A DNA stretch of 64,000 nucleotides, taken from NCBI GenBank assembly GCA_963728915.1, contig CAVSLV010000001.1, positions 1,312,001 through 1,376,000 of the forward strand. Reading direction: 5' to 3'. The notes under the pieces are model-generated. The model searched no databases. It was not told the DNA's origin and saw only the letters and a program-made list of their open reading frames with translations. Origin of the DNA: an uncultured Gemmatimonadales bacterium (GTDB taxonomy: Bacteria; Gemmatimonadota; Gemmatimonadetes; Gemmatimonadales; GWC2-71-9). The translations under genes and the position numbers were made by a program. Below are positions 60,683-64,000 of the stretch, piece after piece (within the stretch, counting starts at the first letter, position 1; each line of letters begins with the position of its first letter).

Positions 60683-61528
60683 TTACGCTCCGCCGGTTGC
60701 TTTGCCGCGCCGCCGCCCGCGAACAATGTGCTTGTTGGAGGCCTTCTTCCGCTTCCGGGTCTTCACGCCCTCGGGCTTGCCCCAGGGCGAGACCGGAGGA
60801 CGCCCGCCCGAGCTCTTCCCTTCGCCGCCGCCCAGGGGGTGGTCGACCGGGTTCTTGGCGACCCCGCGCACCTTGGGGCGCCGGCCCAGCCAGCGGGTCT
60901 TGCCCGCCTTGCCGACCGAGAGCAGCTCGTGCTCGGCGTTCCCGACCTCGCCGATCGTGGCGAGGCAGCGGGCGTGCACCAGCCGCATTTCGGTTGACTT
61001 GAGCCGGAGGGTGACGTAGTCCCCTTCCCGCGCGACGACCTGGGCCAGCTGCCCGGCGCTGCGGGCCATCTGCCCCCCTTTGCCGGGCTTGAGCTCGATG
61101 TTGTGCACCGAGGTGCCCAGGGGGATCTCACCAAGCGGCAACGCATTGCCGACCCGTGCGTCGCTCCCGGGACCCGACATCACCGAGTCGCCCTGACGGA
61201 GGCCATTCGGATGCAGGATGTATCGCTTTTCCCCGTCCGCGTACACCAGCAGCGCAATCCGCGCACTCCGGTTCGGATCGTATTCGATCTCGGCCACCCG
61301 CGCGGGTATCCCGTATTTGTTGCGCTTGAAGTCGATCTTCCGGTAGTGGCGCCGATGGCCACCCCCAAGCGCGCGCATGGTCACGTGACCGAGGTTGTTC
61401 CGGCCGCCCGACTTGCGCAACGGCTCGAGCAGGGACTTCTCGGGCGTGGCTCGGGTGATCTCGTCGAATCCGGAGACCGAGCGAAACCGGGTGCCCGCGG
61501 TCATGGGACGGAATTGCCGGATACTCAT
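60683..61528 (-). CDS. rplB: 50S ribosomal protein L2
   Basis: [24 protein letters not shown]. Confidence 0.97.
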   Translation of the reverse strand: MSIRQFRPMTAGTRFRSVSGFDEITRATPEKSLLEPLRKSGGRNNLGHVTMRALGGGHRRHYRKIDFKRNKYGIPARVAEIEYDPNRSARIALLVYADGEKRYILHPNGLRQGDSVMSGPGSDARVGNALPLGEIPLGTSVHNIELKPGKGGQMARSAGQLAQVVAREGDYVTLRLKSTEMRLVHARCLATIGEVGNAEHELLSVGKAGKTRWLGRRPKVRGVAKNPVDHPLGGGEGKSSGGRPPVSPWGKPEGVKTRKRKKASNKHIVRGRRRGKATGGA

Positions 61529-61529
61529 C

Positions 61530-61814
61530 TCAGCCCTCGAAGATCGGGAGGGACTCGCCCTCCTTGAGAGTCACGATCGCCTTCTTCCAGGCGCCGGTCT
61601 TCCCGCGAACCCGGCCCCGGATCACCTCGCGCCGCCGCATCTGCATCGTGCGCACCGCGGTGACGTGCACTCCGAACTGCCGCTCCAGCGCGTCGGAGAT
61701 CTGGTGCTTGTTCGAAGCCGGATGGACCTCGAACGCATACTCTTTCCGGTTCTGATACGCCGCCGAGCTCTTCTCGGTGATCAGCGGGCGCACGACCACA
61801 TCGCGAAACGCCAT
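61530..61814 (-). CDS. rplW: 50S ribosomal protein L23
   Basis: [15 protein letters not shown]. Confidence 0.96.
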   Translation of the reverse strand: MAFRDVVVRPLITEKSSAAYQNRKEYAFEVHPASNKHQISDALERQFGVHVTAVRTMQMRRREVIRGRVRGKTGAWKKAIVTLKEGESLPIFEG

Positions 61815-61817
61815 CGG

Positions 61818-62645
61818 TTACTCCTTCTTCTTCGGCGGACGGGCGGACTTCTTGGGCGGGCGGGCGGAACGGCGGACCGGCGGACTGCTCTTCTTGGCGG
61901 TCGTCTTCTTCGCGGCCTTCTTCGCAACCGGCCTCTTCGCAGCAGGCTTCTTCCCGCCCGTGCTCTTCCGTCCGCCAGTCTCCCGTTCCGCCGGTCCGTC
62001 TTCCTGTCCGCCGGTCCGCCCGTCCGCCGGTCCGACCTCTCCGAACGCCCCTTGCTCCACCACCACCGCATCGGCCCAGATCACATCGTAGGCGTTCGCC
62101 TCGCCGAAGGTCATCACCCGCGCCATCGGGAGATTCCGTCCCGACAGATACAGGTTCCGGTTCATCCCGTTGGTCAGCACCAGCACCTTCTGGTCGGCGA
62201 GCCCCATCTTGTTGAGCAACCCGGCGAGTTCCCGGGTCTTGGGCTCGGCGAGCTGGACCGGGTCGACCACCAGAAGATTGCCCTCTCGGGCCCGCGCATT
62301 CAGCGCCGAGCGTCGCGCCAGCATCCGGATCTTCCGGGGAAGCCCGGCGCGATAGTCCCGGGGGATCGGGCCGAACACGGTCCCGCCTCCCCGCCAGAGC
62401 GGAGAGCGGATCGATCCCTGCCGGGCCCGCCCGGTGCCCTTCTGGCGCCATGGCTTCTTGTTCCCGCCCGAGATGAAGCTTCGGGTCTTGGTCTTCGCAG
62501 TCCCCTGCCGCTGATTCCCCAGGAAGGTCTTCACCGCCTGGTGCAGCGCGCTCTCATGGACGGCGCCATCGAAGAGGTCGGCAGGCAGGGCGAACCCGCC
62601 CTTGTGCTTGCTCCCGTTCGCGGAGTAGTGCGGTGCCTCAATCAT
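61818..62645 (-). CDS. rplD: 50S ribosomal protein L4 with repeat-derived, Lys-rich C-terminal extension
   Basis: KPWRQKGTGRARQGS, WRGGG; GGAGG SD upstream of the ATG at 62645. Confidence 0.96.
   Translation of the reverse strand: MIEAPHYSANGSKHKGGFALPADLFDGAVHESALHQAVKTFLGNQRQGTAKTKTRSFISGGNKKPWRQKGTGRARQGSIRSPLWRGGGTVFGPIPRDYRAGLPRKIRMLARRSALNARAREGNLLVVDPVQLAEPKTRELAGLLNKMGLADQKVLVLTNGMNRNLYLSGRNLPMARVMTFGEANAYDVIWADAVVVEQGAFGEVGPADGRTGGQEDGPAERETGGRKSTGGKKPAAKRPVAKKAAKKTTAKKSSPPVRRSARPPKKSARPPKKKE
61834..62037. repeat. 8-mer GGCGGACN inverted tandem-repeat element inside rplD
   Basis: ggcggacgggcggac..ggcggaacggcggaccggcggactg (61834-61887) and ccgtccgcc..ctgtccgccggtccgcccgtccgccggtccg (61968-62037). 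Confidence 0.8.
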
Positions 62646-63261
62646 GACGGCTCCTCCCTCCCTGCTTCGCGACCATGACGATGCCGTTCTTCGATCCGGG
62701 GACCGCGCCGCGGATGAAGAGCAGATGGCGCTCCGCGTCCACCCGGACCACCCGAAGGCCCATCTCGGTGTGGCGGCGGTCGCCCATGTGCCCCGGCAGC
62801 CGCTTTCCCTTGATGACTCGGGAAGGATCGGTGCCCGGGCTGATCGACCCCGGCTTCCGGTGCCTGGTGTTCCCGTGCGACGCCGGCCCACCGCCAGCGT
62901 GATACCGGTGCACCATGCCCTGGAAGCCGCGCCCCTTGGAGGTACCGGTCACCTTGACCAGCTCACCGGGAGCGAAGATTCCGACCGTCACCTCCGCGCC
63001 GGGGGCCGGCGCATCTCCCACCAGGTCAAAGCTCCGCACCACGTGGGGCGCGGCCTCGAGCCCGGCCTTCTTCGCATGGCCCAGCTCGGCCCGGGTGGCC
63101 CGCTGCTTCCGGCGGGTTCCGAATCCGAGCTGCACCGCCTGGTCCCGCACCTGGACCACCTGACAGGGCCCCGCCTGCACGATGGTCACGGGGATGGCGG
63201 CGCCATCTTCGGTGAACACGCGGGTCATGCCGAGCTTGCGGCCGATGAGTCCGTTGGTCAT
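62638..63261 (-). CDS. rplC: 50S ribosomal protein L3
   Basis: GRKLGMT, SKGRGFQG, PGHMG, GAVPG. Confidence 0.97.
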   Translation of the reverse strand: MTNGLIGRKLGMTRVFTEDGAAIPVTIVQAGPCQVVQVRDQAVQLGFGTRRKQRATRAELGHAKKAGLEAAPHVVRSFDLVGDAPAPGAEVTVGIFAPGELVKVTGTSKGRGFQGMVHRYHAGGGPASHGNTRHRKPGSISPGTDPSRVIKGKRLPGHMGDRRHTEMGLRVVRVDAERHLLFIRGAVPGSKNGIVMVAKQGGRSRHD

Positions 63262-63271
63262 CGCCTCTCCC

Positions 63272-63580
63272 TCACCCAACCTTGATCTCGACGTCCACGC
63301 CGGCCGGGAGATCGAGCTTGGTCAGCGCATCCATGGTCTGGGGGCGCGAATCGTTGATGTCGAGCAGCCGCTTATGAGTCCGGAGCTCGAACTGCTCCCG
63401 GCTCTTCTTGTCGATGTGCGGGCTTCGCAGCACGGTCCACCGCTCCATCTTCACCGGGAGCGGAATGGGACCGGACACCTGCGCGCCGGTCTTCTCGACC
63501 GTGCGCACGATATCGGCCGCGGCCTGATCGAGAATGACGTGGTCGAATGCCTTGAGGCGGATTCGGATTTTGCCTGCCAT
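63272..63580 (-). CDS. rpsJ: 30S ribosomal protein S10
   Basis: [29 protein letters not shown]. Confidence 0.97.
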   Translation of the reverse strand: MAGKIRIRLKAFDHVILDQAAADIVRTVEKTGAQVSGPIPLPVKMERWTVLRSPHIDKKSREQFELRTHKRLLDINDSRPQTMDALTKLDLPAGVDVEIKVG

Positions 63581-63598
63581 ATCAAATCTCCGTCGGAC

Positions 63599-63667
63599 AG
63601 TGAGGTCGGTGGGGTCGGTGGGGTCGGGTCTGACCTCACTGACCTCCCTGACCTCCCTGACCTCACT
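63599..63667. repeat. 9-mer GGTCRGTGR tandem-repeat hairpin overlapping the tuf stop
   Basis: agtgaggtc ggtggggtc ggtggggtc / tgacctcac tgacctccc tgacctccc tgacctcac; same unit as 2652-2753. Confidence 0.88.
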
Positions 63668-64000
63668 TGAGAATCTTCGTCACCACGCCCGCGCCGACCG
63701 TCCGGCCGCCTTCCCGGATCGCAAACCGCAGCCCCTCGTCCATCGCGATCGGCGTGATCAGCTCGATCGTCATCTGGATGTTGTCCCCCGGCATCACCAT
63801 CTCCACCCCCCCGGGCAGCTCCACGCTCCCCGTCACGTCCGTGGTCCGGAAGTAGAACTGGGGCCGGTAGCCCTTGAAGAACGGGGTATGCCGCCCCCCC
63901 TCCTCCTTGGTCAACACGTACACCTCCGCCTCGAACTTGGTATGGGGCGGAATGCTCCCCGGCTTCGCCAGCACCATCCCCCGCTCGATCTCGTTCTTCT
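63663..64000 (-). CDS. tuf: Elongation factor Tu (3' part; 5' end outside the window)
   Basis: [39 protein letters not shown]. Confidence 0.98.
   Translation of the reverse strand, partial: KNEIERGMVLAKPGSIPPHTKFEAEVYVLTKEEGGRHTPFFKGYRPQFYFRTTDVTGSVELPGGVEMVMPGDNIQMTIELITPIAMDEGLRFAIREGGRTVGAGVVTKILK

Overview
GC-rich bacterial chromosomal segment of mostly housekeeping genes. Gene content (alpha2-type GlyRS, class II RNR, GWxTD protein, extended ribosomal proteins) suggests a Gemmatimonadota-like genome; this is inference. From left to right: recR-ybaB-dnaX-ffs (SRP RNA); yihY/ytxH; fba and pyk diverging around a cluster of DnaA boxes; pgi; a small toxin-antitoxin patch (hicAB plus an orphan phd); a ~1090-aa Ig-like surface lipoprotein; tlpA-ccdA-ispG; nrdJ; GWxTD protein and amidase; a peptidoglycan-recycling operon (murQ-anmK-nagZ-SSS transporter) divergent from ggt; a TonB receptor; priA, dipeptide epimerase, HDAC and a ubiquitin-like gene; glyQS; a type IV minor-pilin cluster; purA, a degenerate pilT and trpS; suhB; and the tuf-S10-spc ribosomal superoperon, which ends at map. 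No CRISPR, prophage, IS, rRNA or tRNA was seen. Most notable: (1) a dispersed family of 7-9-mer tandem-repeat hairpins that often start at stop codons and have entered coding sequence (rplD, tlpA, suhB); (2) a stand-alone ubiquitin-fold gene in an apparent operon with an HDAC; (3) a DnaA-box cluster with no dnaA in the window; (4) a PilT with degenerate catalytic motifs; (5) an SSS transporter in a MurNAc-recycling operon. Several single-base frameshifts in the first 12 kb look like assembly errors.
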